From an uncultured Alphaproteobacteria bacterium (GTDB lineage: Bacteria; Electryoneota; RPQS01), in contig CAZHAK010000003.1 of the NCBI GenBank assembly GCA_964530625.1, positions 35,476 to 99,475 of the forward strand: a DNA stretch of 64,000 bases. Reading direction: 5' to 3'. Below are positions 1 through 8,687 of the stretch, piece after piece. The translations under genes and the position numbers were made by a program. The notes under the pieces were generated by a model. The model was not told the DNA's origin. It ran no database searches and was given only the letters and a program-made list of their open reading frames with translations. Each line of letters starts with the position of its first letter. The stretch's first letter is position 1.

Positions 1-451
1 TCGAGTCGCCGGGAAAATAGTCCAGCAGAAGCACCGAAGCGACCGAATCAATCAGCGTATCCTGCCACGTCGTGTCCCGTACCCAAACAGTATCCACAAA
101 CGTCGAATCAATAAACCTGATTGAATCAAGATACACCGAATCACGCTCAAGAATCAACTGCAAGTCCCTGACCCACGGATGAGTTATCGTCACGCCCACG
201 TCCACGTCTTCCACGTTGAACGACGTTGGCACGTCAATGACAGCCACAATCGTCGAAGCATCCGGAATCGGAATCGGCGTGTCCCGACAGGTATAAAGGT
301 CGTCCAGCGAGCGCTCGGGCACGCGCACATTCTGCTGCTGCGGCAGCGAGCGCCCAGCATGCTTCTGCGGCTCGGCAGGCTTATTGGCCCAAGCGAACGC
401 GATTAGAAGCACACAAATGACGAGAGCGAGTTTACTCTTTTGAGAGATCAA
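1..451 (-). CDS. secreted protein with proprotein-convertase P-domain-like region (N-terminal part only; gene runs off the window start)
   Basis: Absent from the ORF track because there is no stop inside the window. My minus-strand translation from about 451 gives (TTG)ISQKSKLALVICVLLIAFAWA, a signal-like N-terminus. It continues ...VIDVPTSFNVEDVDVGVTITHPWVRDLQLILERDSVYL, which fits the P-domain pattern. The frame stays open to position 1. The start codon is uncertain. Confidence 0.45.
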   Translation of the reverse strand, partial: MISQKSKLALVICVLLIAFAWANKPAEPQKHAGRSLPQQQNVRVPERSLDDLYTCRDTPIPIPDASTIVAVIDVPTSFNVEDVDVGVTITHPWVRDLQLILERDSVYLDSIRFIDSTFVDTVWVRDTTWQDTLIDSVASVLLLDYFPGDS

Positions 452-917
452 TGGAATAGAGGATGCGGCCGACTGAATCGGCTTTGTAATAATCGAAGAG
501 GTACTGGGCAACCATGTTCATGTTTTCCACGGTGCAATCAATATGCGTGTACTTGGCTTTCTTCGCCCAGCGGATGGCATGATCAAATAGCTGCCGGCCA
601 AAGCCTTTCTCGCGCTGTGAAGGCCGCACGAACATGTCCAGAATCGTGGGGACACGCTGCGCTTCGAGAGTCGAAGGTGTCAAATACATCAGCAGAAATC
701 CAACCGGAACTCCGCTCGAGGTGCGACCGATGAAAACCTGTCCCAAACGGTCGTTTTCTAAAATCTCTGTCAGATAGTCCTGATTGACTTTATCCGGAAG
801 AGCCTCAAATTCTTCGCCGTCGGCTTGGTATTCGGCGATCAGCTCGAGGAGCTGAGTAATGTCCGCTATCGTCGCGGTGCTGACAATCATTGGGTTCATT
901 ACGGTGCCAGGCGGCAC
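432..917 (-). CDS. GNAT family N-acetyltransferase
   Basis: 161-aa ORF. Acetyl-CoA binding motif region FVRPSQREKGFGRQLFDHAIRWAKK (R/Q-x-x-G-x-G/A). Confidence 0.85.
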   Translation of the reverse strand: MPPGTVMNPMIVSTATIADITQLLELIAEYQADGEEFEALPDKVNQDYLTEILENDRLGQVFIGRTSSGVPVGFLLMYLTPSTLEAQRVPTILDMFVRPSQREKGFGRQLFDHAIRWAKKAKYTHIDCTVENMNMVAQYLFDYYKADSVGRILYSIDLSKE

Positions 918-1015
918 CTAAAGTTCTTTCTGAAAGGTGGTTAAGGGTTGTAAGAAATTACAAAGCGAAGATTATGCCAACTTACGGTTATTTTAGCAAA
1001 ATCTCCAGACCCATC

Positions 1016-2218
1016 TTAGTTTATATTTTCCAGTAACATAGCTTGCCCCTGCCCGACTCCAACGCAGAGACTGGCAATCCCCCACTTCGTCCCGGCATCT
1101 CGCATACTGCGTGCAAGGGTGCCTAAAATGCGCGCACCCGACATCCCCAGAGGGTGCCCGATCGCAATCGCCCCGCCCTTGGGATTCACCCGGTCAATCG
1201 GCGGATCCAGCTCGGCAATCACCGCCAAAACCTGCACCGCGAAGGCCTCGTTTATCTCCCACAGCCCGACCTCAAAGCGCGTCAATCCGGTCCGAGTCAG
1301 CAATTTCTCCACCGCATTCACCGGCCCGATTCCCATATAGCGCGGGTCCACGCCCGCCGAGGCCGAGCCTACTATCCGCGCCAGTGGTTTTAGATTGTGC
1401 TCTTTGACGAAATTTTCCGAGCAAATCAGCAGCGCTCCCGCGCCGTCATTCAGGCTCGACGAGTTTCCAGCCGTGACCGTACCGCCCTTGCGGAAAACCG
1501 GACGAAGAGTGGAAAGTTTCTCGAGCGTTGTGTCTTTGCGCGGACCTTCGTCGCGGTCAACAATTATCGGATCACCCTTGCGCTGCGGAATCTCGACCGG
1601 AATAATCTCGTCTTTGAACAATCCGGCTTCCTGAGCGGCGACCGCCTTTTGATGCGACTCATAGGCGAAGGTGTCCTGCATTTCCCGCGCGATATTCCAC
1701 TTTTCGTAGATATTCTCCGCCGTCTCGCCCATGGATTCGAGCGGGAACAGCTCTTTCATCGCCGGATTCGGGTAGCGCCAGCCCAAAGTCGTGTCCCACG
1801 CAGTCAGATTCCCGAAGGAAAATCCGCCTTCAAGCTTCGGCACACTGAAGGGCGCGCGGGTCATGGATTCCACCCCTCCTGCAATGTAACAATTGCCTTC
1901 GCCGGATGCAATGGCCCGATAAGACAGGGCCGCGGCTTCCAATCCCGAAGCGCACAGCCGATTGACCGTCACCGCCGGAACTGAGTGCGGAAATCCCGCC
2001 AGCAGCACCGCCATCCGCGCCACATTGCGGTTATCTTCACCCGCCTGATTCGCGCAGCCCAAATACACTTCATCCACCAAACCCGGATCAAGTTTGTTGC
2101 GCTCGACTATTTTTTTCAAAACCAGCGCCGCCATGTCATCAGGCCGCACCGATTTCAATACACCATTATGCTTGCCCACCGGAGTCCGGAGAGCGTCCAC
2201 CAAAAATACGTTTGTCAT
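1016..2218 (-). CDS. acetyl-CoA C-acetyltransferase / thiolase
   Basis: 400 aa. Thiolase signatures VNRLCASGLEA (active-site Cys), GHPLGMSGARI and CVGVGQG near the C-terminus. Confidence 0.95.
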   Translation of the reverse strand: MTNVFLVDALRTPVGKHNGVLKSVRPDDMAALVLKKIVERNKLDPGLVDEVYLGCANQAGEDNRNVARMAVLLAGFPHSVPAVTVNRLCASGLEAAALSYRAIASGEGNCYIAGGVESMTRAPFSVPKLEGGFSFGNLTAWDTTLGWRYPNPAMKELFPLESMGETAENIYEKWNIAREMQDTFAYESHQKAVAAQEAGLFKDEIIPVEIPQRKGDPIIVDRDEGPRKDTTLEKLSTLRPVFRKGGTVTAGNSSSLNDGAGALLICSENFVKEHNLKPLARIVGSASAGVDPRYMGIGPVNAVEKLLTRTGLTRFEVGLWEINEAFAVQVLAVIAELDPPIDRVNPKGGAIAIGHPLGMSGARILGTLARSMRDAGTKWGIASLCVGVGQGQAMLLENIN

Positions 2219-2306
2219 GAAACTCTGTCTATGTGAAATGAAAAATTAGATACGAAAGAAAATCGAGAGCGTAGCGGCTGCCCCTGTGGCTGCCGATACA
2301 AAATAA

Positions 2307-3182
2307 CTAACTCCCGAACAACACCACCCGGAATCCCCAGCCCCACCCGAACTGCTCCTTGAAAACCTGCTGGCCCTTTTGGTTTCCAGCCATCATGGAT
2401 GAGTAGAGCGCAAGAGACGCGTGTTTGCCCGGCAAAACGATGCCCACAAGATTCCGGTAATACTGATTGTCAGGAGTCTTCCGAGAAAGATTTCCGCTCC
2501 ATGGTTTAACTGTGCCAATCAGATATTCCCAATAATGGGACATGAACGGGTATACATCCTCGCTGAGTTTCCAGCGGGCAATCAGCTCCGCGCCGGGGCC
2601 GTGCGTGTAAGCTTTGTCTTCAATAGCTTCGCCAAGAAAAATCTTGTCCTGCACCCGCACATCAATGCTCGCTTTGTCCCACGGTATCCGCACTGCGGCC
2701 TCAGGCATGACGTAATCTCCGATGTGAGGGGGGGAGTCATAATAGTACGGAGAGTAGTCATATCCGTGATCCGATTCGTGCCGCGCAGATACACCTACTT
2801 CAATCTTGCCTCCGTCCCCCAACTGTTTCTCGGCAAACCTATCCAATGAAATCATTGCCGAGAGCCCGAACAAACCGCGCCACATTTCCACTGAGTGATC
2901 AGCTCCGGGAACCGGATCTGTTTCATCGTTGTCTGACTCCAGCTCAAACATTCCGAAAAACCCGAATCGCAAAGACGTGTGCTTGCCGTGCAATGCTCCA
3001 AACCCGAAGTCGGCTCCACCAGTCCGTGTTTCCCGAGGAAGATATTGCCACGACGGATGTCCCGCGTCCCGCGTCGCACTGAGTCCGTTGCCGATTGCGC
3101 GCGAGGCTCCCGGCATCGTCTCCCAAGTCGCGGCAAACAAACTCGTCGTGCAAAACAGCAGTAATAAAATAGCGTGCTTCAT
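2307..3182 (-). CDS. secreted hypothetical protein, probable outer-membrane beta-barrel
   Basis: Signal peptide MKHAILLLLFCTTSLFAATW. Alternating aromatic/Gly-rich segments and C-terminal GWGWGFRVVLFGS. Contains RHESDHG (H-x-S-x-x-G). Its start overlaps the upstream gene's stop by 4 nt. Confidence 0.6.
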   Translation of the reverse strand: MKHAILLLLFCTTSLFAATWETMPGASRAIGNGLSATRDAGHPSWQYLPRETRTGGADFGFGALHGKHTSLRFGFFGMFELESDNDETDPVPGADHSVEMWRGLFGLSAMISLDRFAEKQLGDGGKIEVGVSARHESDHGYDYSPYYYDSPPHIGDYVMPEAAVRIPWDKASIDVRVQDKIFLGEAIEDKAYTHGPGAELIARWKLSEDVYPFMSHYWEYLIGTVKPWSGNLSRKTPDNQYYRNLVGIVLPGKHASLALYSSMMAGNQKGQQVFKEQFGWGWGFRVVLFGS

Positions 3183-4228
3183 CTGTCGTAAAACTCAAAC
3201 TCAGTCAAATGCAGCCCCGGCCCGCTCTCTTCCTGCTGACTCCAGTAGCTGATCAGAATCGTCTTCCCGCCGTCACGTTCGTACTCGGGATGCTGATAAA
3301 GGTTTTTGATCCAGAAGTTGCGTGGCGGGAAAGCAACACTCACGGGAAACTCAAAACCGTAATCTTGAATATATTGACGACGGGATTTCGCAAACCAAAT
3401 TGAATTCTCCCAATAGTAGGAACGTATTACGATGTATGCGTCCAAATACGCATTACTTGCGATCGAGGTATTTGGTGCCCATGAACTGCGGCAAGCTTCA
3501 AATGACAAATGGGACCATCTATCATCGCAGTTGTAGAATTCATATGCCTCATAAAACTCAATACTATCCTGCCTGAATCTGCCTGCAAAGCCTGCGTAAT
3601 CTGGATTATCGCGCGCCTCTTTTCCCTGCATGTAGATATATCCATCTTCGTCTAATCGCGCGCCATATCCCCAAATCATACCAAATGAGCTTAGTCGGGT
3701 AGCGCTAAGTGACTCGTCCAGTCTCACGAGAAACGAATACCAATGTGAAACATCAAAGTATGAGACCATCCCCGCCTTTAGTACAAATATATAGGTGAAC
3801 TCACCAATTCTTACGCCGCCAATTGGCCATAAGCGGTATTGATAAGGCGCGTTCGGATCACTGTTCCATTCCAATTCAAAGTCGTTATAAGGAATCAACT
3901 GCTTCAAATTCCCCGAAGAATCCGTAATCCATTCCAGAGCGTCCCCCACCGGAGCGCCGCGCCCCCGATGAATTCCAGCGCTGTTTGACAGGGCATGAAA
4001 CCCGATTTCGCTTGAATCCGCAAGTAACGTCTCACCAAAAACCCACAGCGACTCATCATCATTCAGCGGAATCGAGAATGCTCCTTCTTGCGTCAGCGCG
4101 CCGGGATACATATTCATCACACCCAATTCGCGCGTTTCGCCAAATGTGTACTCATCCTCATCCCAGTTCTTCAGGCAACCCGTAAGAAGCATTGAAACAA
4201 TGGCAAGTAGTGTGATAACTTGTTTCAT
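3179..4228 (-). CDS. lipoprotein, possibly DUF4185-like beta-propeller
   Basis: Lipobox MLLTGC. The SLWVFGETLLADS motif is reminiscent of DUF4185. Sits 3 nt downstream of the patatin gene. Confidence 0.6.
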   Translation of the reverse strand: MKQVITLLAIVSMLLTGCLKNWDEDEYTFGETRELGVMNMYPGALTQEGAFSIPLNDDESLWVFGETLLADSSEIGFHALSNSAGIHRGRGAPVGDALEWITDSSGNLKQLIPYNDFELEWNSDPNAPYQYRLWPIGGVRIGEFTYIFVLKAGMVSYFDVSHWYSFLVRLDESLSATRLSSFGMIWGYGARLDEDGYIYMQGKEARDNPDYAGFAGRFRQDSIEFYEAYEFYNCDDRWSHLSFEACRSSWAPNTSIASNAYLDAYIVIRSYYWENSIWFAKSRRQYIQDYGFEFPVSVAFPPRNFWIKNLYQHPEYERDGGKTILISYWSQQEESGPGLHLTEFEFYDR

Positions 4229-4230
4229 CT

Positions 4231-5343
4231 TTACCTCGGCAATCCCGGAACATCGTCCCGAAACAAAACCACTTCGAGCAAATAGTCGTCTTTATTCTTC
4301 AGAAAATCCGCCATGCGTCGGCGCCCCAGTCTGATGCCCTCCTTGACTGCCGACTTGCTGAAGCTGCGCGCGGAATCAGAGAATTTTCCCATCTCACTTT
4401 TCGACGGGCCGATGACATAAATGTCAATCAGCGAATAGTGGGAACGAAACTCCGCGAACGCCGACAGCACGTCCGGTGAGGCTTTCGACAGTGTTTCATC
4501 GAGACGAGATGCAAACTCATTGATCATCGCCGCGCGCGTGTAGTCTTCGCGATCCGTGTTGTCCACGAAAATTTCCAGCGTGCGCTCAATGATAGAAACA
4601 ACACGATTATATGTGCCCGGTTGCGGCGACGGAAACGCCGACGCGCGCATAATGTGCAGTTCCTGCGGCGCGACTGCGAAACCCGACGACACATGTCGGT
4701 TGCGCGCTTTGCGAAACTGCCCGAACACCTCGCTGAGCGGCGTCACGTCCGTCACGCCGCCGTCCACATAGCCCTTCACCGGCGGAAACACAATCGGGAT
4801 CGCCGCCGACGCCATCACCGCGTCAACCGCCGTCATACCCTGCGGCGGATGCGCCAGCGGTATCTCGACAAATTCACCCTGCTCCAAATGCACGGCCCCC
4901 ACGCGCACCGCGTCGTGCCACTTCTTGCCGTTTAAGTGTTTCTCAACGATCTTCCGCAGCGGTTTCGTGTCATAAACCGAATCCGTCTTGCGCAAAACAG
5001 CCACCGCCAAATCACCGTGCAAATTCTTGCCGAGCAATCTGCGCGCGCCTTCGGTCAACAATCCGGATGTTTCGCGCGGCACATAAATCGATGCGTCAGA
5101 TGAAATTTCTTTCTCCCACAGCTCGACCAACTGCGCGGCATTCTGCGCCTGTTGTGCTCTGCTGGTGCCGAGGTCTCCGTCACTCGTGCCAAACAACTGC
5201 GCCACGTTTAACCCGCCGACGGAAACCCCGTATCCACCGTCATAAGCCTGCCCGCCCAACGCAAAATACTCAGCCAGCATTCCCGCCTGATAAGACCCGT
5301 ACGCGCCGCCGCCCTGCATCGCCAACAAAAGATAAGGATTCAT
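4231..5343 (-). CDS. patatin-like phospholipase
   Basis: Oxyanion GGGAYG, nucleophile elbow GVSVGG (G-x-S-x-G) and catalytic-Asp motif YVDGGV. Confidence 0.85.
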   Translation of the reverse strand: MNPYLLLAMQGGGAYGSYQAGMLAEYFALGGQAYDGGYGVSVGGLNVAQLFGTSDGDLGTSRAQQAQNAAQLVELWEKEISSDASIYVPRETSGLLTEGARRLLGKNLHGDLAVAVLRKTDSVYDTKPLRKIVEKHLNGKKWHDAVRVGAVHLEQGEFVEIPLAHPPQGMTAVDAVMASAAIPIVFPPVKGYVDGGVTDVTPLSEVFGQFRKARNRHVSSGFAVAPQELHIMRASAFPSPQPGTYNRVVSIIERTLEIFVDNTDREDYTRAAMINEFASRLDETLSKASPDVLSAFAEFRSHYSLIDIYVIGPSKSEMGKFSDSARSFSKSAVKEGIRLGRRRMADFLKNKDDYLLEVVLFRDDVPGLPR

Positions 5344-5347
5344 TCGC

Positions 5348-6262
5348 TCAGGCCGTCGCTTCTATCGCAAACGTCATCGGAATCTCCGGCTCGCCGTCGG
5401 GTAATCTGTATAAATCCCCGCCGCACTCAATCATATTCGCGAACGGCTTAAAACAGCACGTCGGATACTCTTCAAACTGCTTGATCGTCAATCCCGCGCG
5501 GGTTAAGGCGCGCATCACGTCAGCCAAACTCCATTGCCATTCGAGCGTGCGTGACTTCGGCGTATAGGAGCGATCCGCATAATCGGGCATCGGCGGCAGC
5601 GACACCCCCTCTTCGCAATGAAAATATCCATACTTGCGCTCAATCTTCTCATTCTCCCAATCAAATATCATCATCGTCGGATGAATCTCGACCATCACAA
5701 ATCGTCCCCCCGGCGCAAGCAGATTCCGAATCACCTCACCCCAGCGATACAAATCCGACAGCCAGTTGATCACACCGTAACTCGTAAAAATAACATCGAA
5801 CTTTTCGCCCGCATCTCGCCGTTGTGGGTCTCCAGACTTGTCCTCGAACGAAGTGAAGGACCCGCAATGGCGATCCAACTCGAGCACATCGCACTCCAAA
5901 AACGAAACCCGATCAGTAACCCCCGCCTTCTCCGCCAACTCCCGCGCCGTCTTGATGGCCACCGGTGAAAAATCCACCCCCACCACCTGCGCCGCCCCGC
6001 GCCGGGCAATCTCAATCGTGCTCTTGCCGAAATGGCACTGCAAATGCGCCACGCGCTTACCTGCAACATCCCCCAGCCAATCCAACTCCAATCGGTCAAG
6101 AGCGGACTTCCCTTGCAAAAATCCCTCGATGTCATAAAACTCGCTGGCCGCGTGAACCGGCATGACCTCGTCCCACCACGCGCGATTCAGCGCATGCCCC
6201 GGGTGGGCAAGCGGACTGCGAGGGTCGTTTTCTAAGTGATTTAATGTGGACATGTTATTCAA
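5348..6262 (-). CDS. class I SAM-dependent methyltransferase
   Basis: 304 aa. SAM-binding region VAHLQCHFGKSTIEIARRGAAQVVGVDFSPVAI. Confidence 0.8.
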   Translation of the reverse strand: MNNMSTLNHLENDPRSPLAHPGHALNRAWWDEVMPVHAASEFYDIEGFLQGKSALDRLELDWLGDVAGKRVAHLQCHFGKSTIEIARRGAAQVVGVDFSPVAIKTARELAEKAGVTDRVSFLECDVLELDRHCGSFTSFEDKSGDPQRRDAGEKFDVIFTSYGVINWLSDLYRWGEVIRNLLAPGGRFVMVEIHPTMMIFDWENEKIERKYGYFHCEEGVSLPPMPDYADRSYTPKSRTLEWQWSLADVMRALTRAGLTIKQFEEYPTCCFKPFANMIECGGDLYRLPDGEPEIPMTFAIEATA

Positions 6263-6404
6263 GGATTTACTTCAAAAATGTACGGGTTTTTGAGCAGGGT
6301 TGCAAGCCTGCCAAGATCATAAATGCCTCTTGAAAAACACGCTGAATTTCACTAACTTACACCCCTATGCTCTGGGGAACACGACGAAACTCTGAAAGGC
6401 AATC

Positions 6405-7529
6405 ATGTACGATCCTCGTCACAAGAAACTCGCGGAAGTGCTGGTCAAACACTCGATCAAAGCGCAGCCCGGCGACAAAGTGCTGGTCGAATGCACCGAC
6501 ACTCCGCCCGAATTTATCTCCGTACTCGTGCAGGAGATCTCCGACGCCGGTGCGATTCCGGTGCTGGAATACAAATTCCAATCGGTGCAGCGCAAACTGA
6601 TCATGAATGCGACGGAAGCAAGCATGAAAGTCTGTGCCGACGCCGAACTCTACCGCATGAAGCAGATGGACTGCTACATCGCCGTGCGCGGAATTTTCAA
6701 CTCGAAAGAGATCAGCGATATTCCCGGCGACAAAATGTCCCTCTGGGAAAAGCATTGGCTCAAACCCGTTCACCTGAAACACCGCGTCGAAGAAACCCGC
6801 TGGGTGATTCTGAAATATCCCACTCCGCAAATGGCGCAAATGGCGAAGATGAGTCACGAAGCCTTTGAAGAGTTCTTCTATCGTGTCTGCTGTGACGTGG
6901 ATTGGAAGAAAGCCAATGACGCCATGGTCCCTGCCAAAAAATTCTTGGAGAAAGCCGACAAAGTTCACATTAATGGGCCCGGCACCGATTTGCAATTCTC
7001 CGTCAAGGGCATCCCCTGGAAACCCTGCGGCGGCGAGTTTAACATTCCTGATCTGGAAATCTTCTCCGCCCCCGTCCGCACGTCCGTTAACGGTAAAATC
7101 AGCTACAACACCGCGTCGAGCTATCGCGGATTCACCTTTGAAAATGTCGTGCTCGAATTCAAAGACGGTAAAATCGTCAACGCGACCTCCAACGACAACA
7201 AGCGCATCAACGACATCTTCGACTCGGACGAAGGTGCGCGCTATATCGGCGAATTCGCCTTGGGATTTCATCCCTTTGTGCTCGACCCGATGGACGATAT
7301 TCTCTTCGACGAAAAAATCGCGGGCTCCTTCCATTTCACTCCCGGGCAAGCCTACGAAAAGGACGCTGACAACGGCAACCGCAGCCAGATTCACTGGGAC
7401 TTGGTCTGCATTCAGCGCCCCGAATACGGCGGCGGCGAAATCTGGATGGATGGACAACTCATCCGCAAAGACGGCATCTTCGTTCACGAAGCCTTCTTAG
7501 CCATGAACCCCGACAAACTGGTGAAATAG
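6405..7529 (+). CDS. M29 family aminopeptidase (AmpS/PepS-like)
   Basis: 374 aa. The N-terminus MYDPRHKKLAEVLVKHSIKAQPGDKVLV and overall length are typical of aminopeptidase T/S family proteins. The long antisense ORF 6357..7487 is judged spurious. Confidence 0.85.
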   Translation: MYDPRHKKLAEVLVKHSIKAQPGDKVLVECTDTPPEFISVLVQEISDAGAIPVLEYKFQSVQRKLIMNATEASMKVCADAELYRMKQMDCYIAVRGIFNSKEISDIPGDKMSLWEKHWLKPVHLKHRVEETRWVILKYPTPQMAQMAKMSHEAFEEFFYRVCCDVDWKKANDAMVPAKKFLEKADKVHINGPGTDLQFSVKGIPWKPCGGEFNIPDLEIFSAPVRTSVNGKISYNTASSYRGFTFENVVLEFKDGKIVNATSNDNKRINDIFDSDEGARYIGEFALGFHPFVLDPMDDILFDEKIAGSFHFTPGQAYEKDADNGNRSQIHWDLVCIQRPEYGGGEIWMDGQLIRKDGIFVHEAFLAMNPDKLVK

Positions 7530-7536
7530 GCCGACT

Positions 7537-8610
7537 TTGAATACAAAGGATGATCCTATGAGCAACAACGAGTATCAAAACGCGGTCGGAATTCTTCGTG
7601 AAGCGATGGTGAACATTCAGAATGTTCGGTCATATAATGAAGACTTCATCCATCGCGATTCTGTTCTAGCTCGCTATCAGCCGGTATTTGCCACCAACCA
7701 TTTGTCGAAGCTAACAAAGGAGGAGTTCTATAGCTTTCTCCTACCTGAAAACAATCATCATTGGAGCGGACTTTATCGTACTGGCGCGCGAACTTGTAAT
7801 GATATGCCCGCCCTGCGAAAGGCTCTTGCCATACTGCTTGACAAGGCGCAACCTGTTGACTCGCGAATTGACAAGTCTGTTTCCATGATAGATGGAATGG
7901 GAAAGAACATTTCGACTGCAATTCTGCTGGTTAGCCAACCGGACAGCTTCGGTGTTTGGAATAGCCGATCAGAAGCGGCCATGAAACGGCTCGGAATCTG
8001 GCCAGATTTCGAACGCGGAAGTACTCTGGGAGAACGGTATCTCAAGGTCAATGAGATTCTAAGAAAGCTTCGTGATGATATTAGAACGGATTTGTGGACC
8101 CTTGACAGCCTATTTTGGTTTATAGATGAATATGAGTCAAACGGTTATGCCGCTCCTTCGGAATCTGCTGCTCCAACATTGCATTCGATGTCTGCGGAAC
8201 AGAGCTTTGGATTGGAACGACATCTTCACGAGTTTCTTCGCGACAATTGGAACCGCCTAGATATTGGCAAAGAGTGGGATATCTTCGCCGAGCCTGGTGA
8301 CGATGAAGCTGGATACGAGTACCCGTGTGACGTTGGTCGAATTGATATTCTCGCTAAACACAAGATGCGGCCAGCTTGGTTGGTTATCGAGCTAAAGCGA
8401 AACCAAACCAGTGATCAGACAGTTGGTCAACTGCTTCGATACATTGGTTGGGTCAAGCAACACCTTGCCCAGAATGGCGAGGATGTTGAGGGTTTGATAG
8501 TCGGGCGCGAGGCAGATAAAGGCCTTAGATATGCTCTCAGTCAAGTCCCAGGTGCCAAACTAATGTTTTATGAAGTGGAATTCCGCCTAGTGTCGCCAAG
8601 AGATTTTTGA
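7537..8610 (+). CDS. NucS/DUF91-like PD-(D/E)xK nuclease domain protein with an N-terminal helical domain
   Basis: C-terminal GRIDILAKHKMRPAWLVIELKRNQTSDQTVGQLLRYIGWV matches the NucS-type nuclease core (D...E-x-K, then QL.RY). The likely true start is ATG 7558 (MSNNEYQ). Confidence 0.7.
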   Translation: MNTKDDPMSNNEYQNAVGILREAMVNIQNVRSYNEDFIHRDSVLARYQPVFATNHLSKLTKEEFYSFLLPENNHHWSGLYRTGARTCNDMPALRKALAILLDKAQPVDSRIDKSVSMIDGMGKNISTAILLVSQPDSFGVWNSRSEAAMKRLGIWPDFERGSTLGERYLKVNEILRKLRDDIRTDLWTLDSLFWFIDEYESNGYAAPSESAAPTLHSMSAEQSFGLERHLHEFLRDNWNRLDIGKEWDIFAEPGDDEAGYEYPCDVGRIDILAKHKMRPAWLVIELKRNQTSDQTVGQLLRYIGWVKQHLAQNGEDVEGLIVGREADKGLRYALSQVPGAKLMFYEVEFRLVSPRDF

Positions 8611-8633
8611 TAAGTGGATTGCAATGCTTTTTT

Positions 8634-8669
8634 TAAAAAGGCCCCGCGTGTTTTCGCGGGGCTTTTTCG
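8634..8669. terminator. bidirectional intrinsic terminator between convergent genes
   Basis: Hairpin gccccgcg-tgtttt-cgcggggc, flanked by an A-run upstream and a T-run downstream. Confidence 0.8.
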
Positions 8670-8687
8670 TTGTGCATATGGCAACAG

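Noticed and set aside
6357-7487. 376-aa minus-strand ORF
   Set aside because: It is entirely antisense to the well-supported M29 aminopeptidase gene. The composition is low-complexity (V/F/G/D/H-rich) with no recognisable motif. It is a typical shadow ORF of a GC-rich codon-biased gene.
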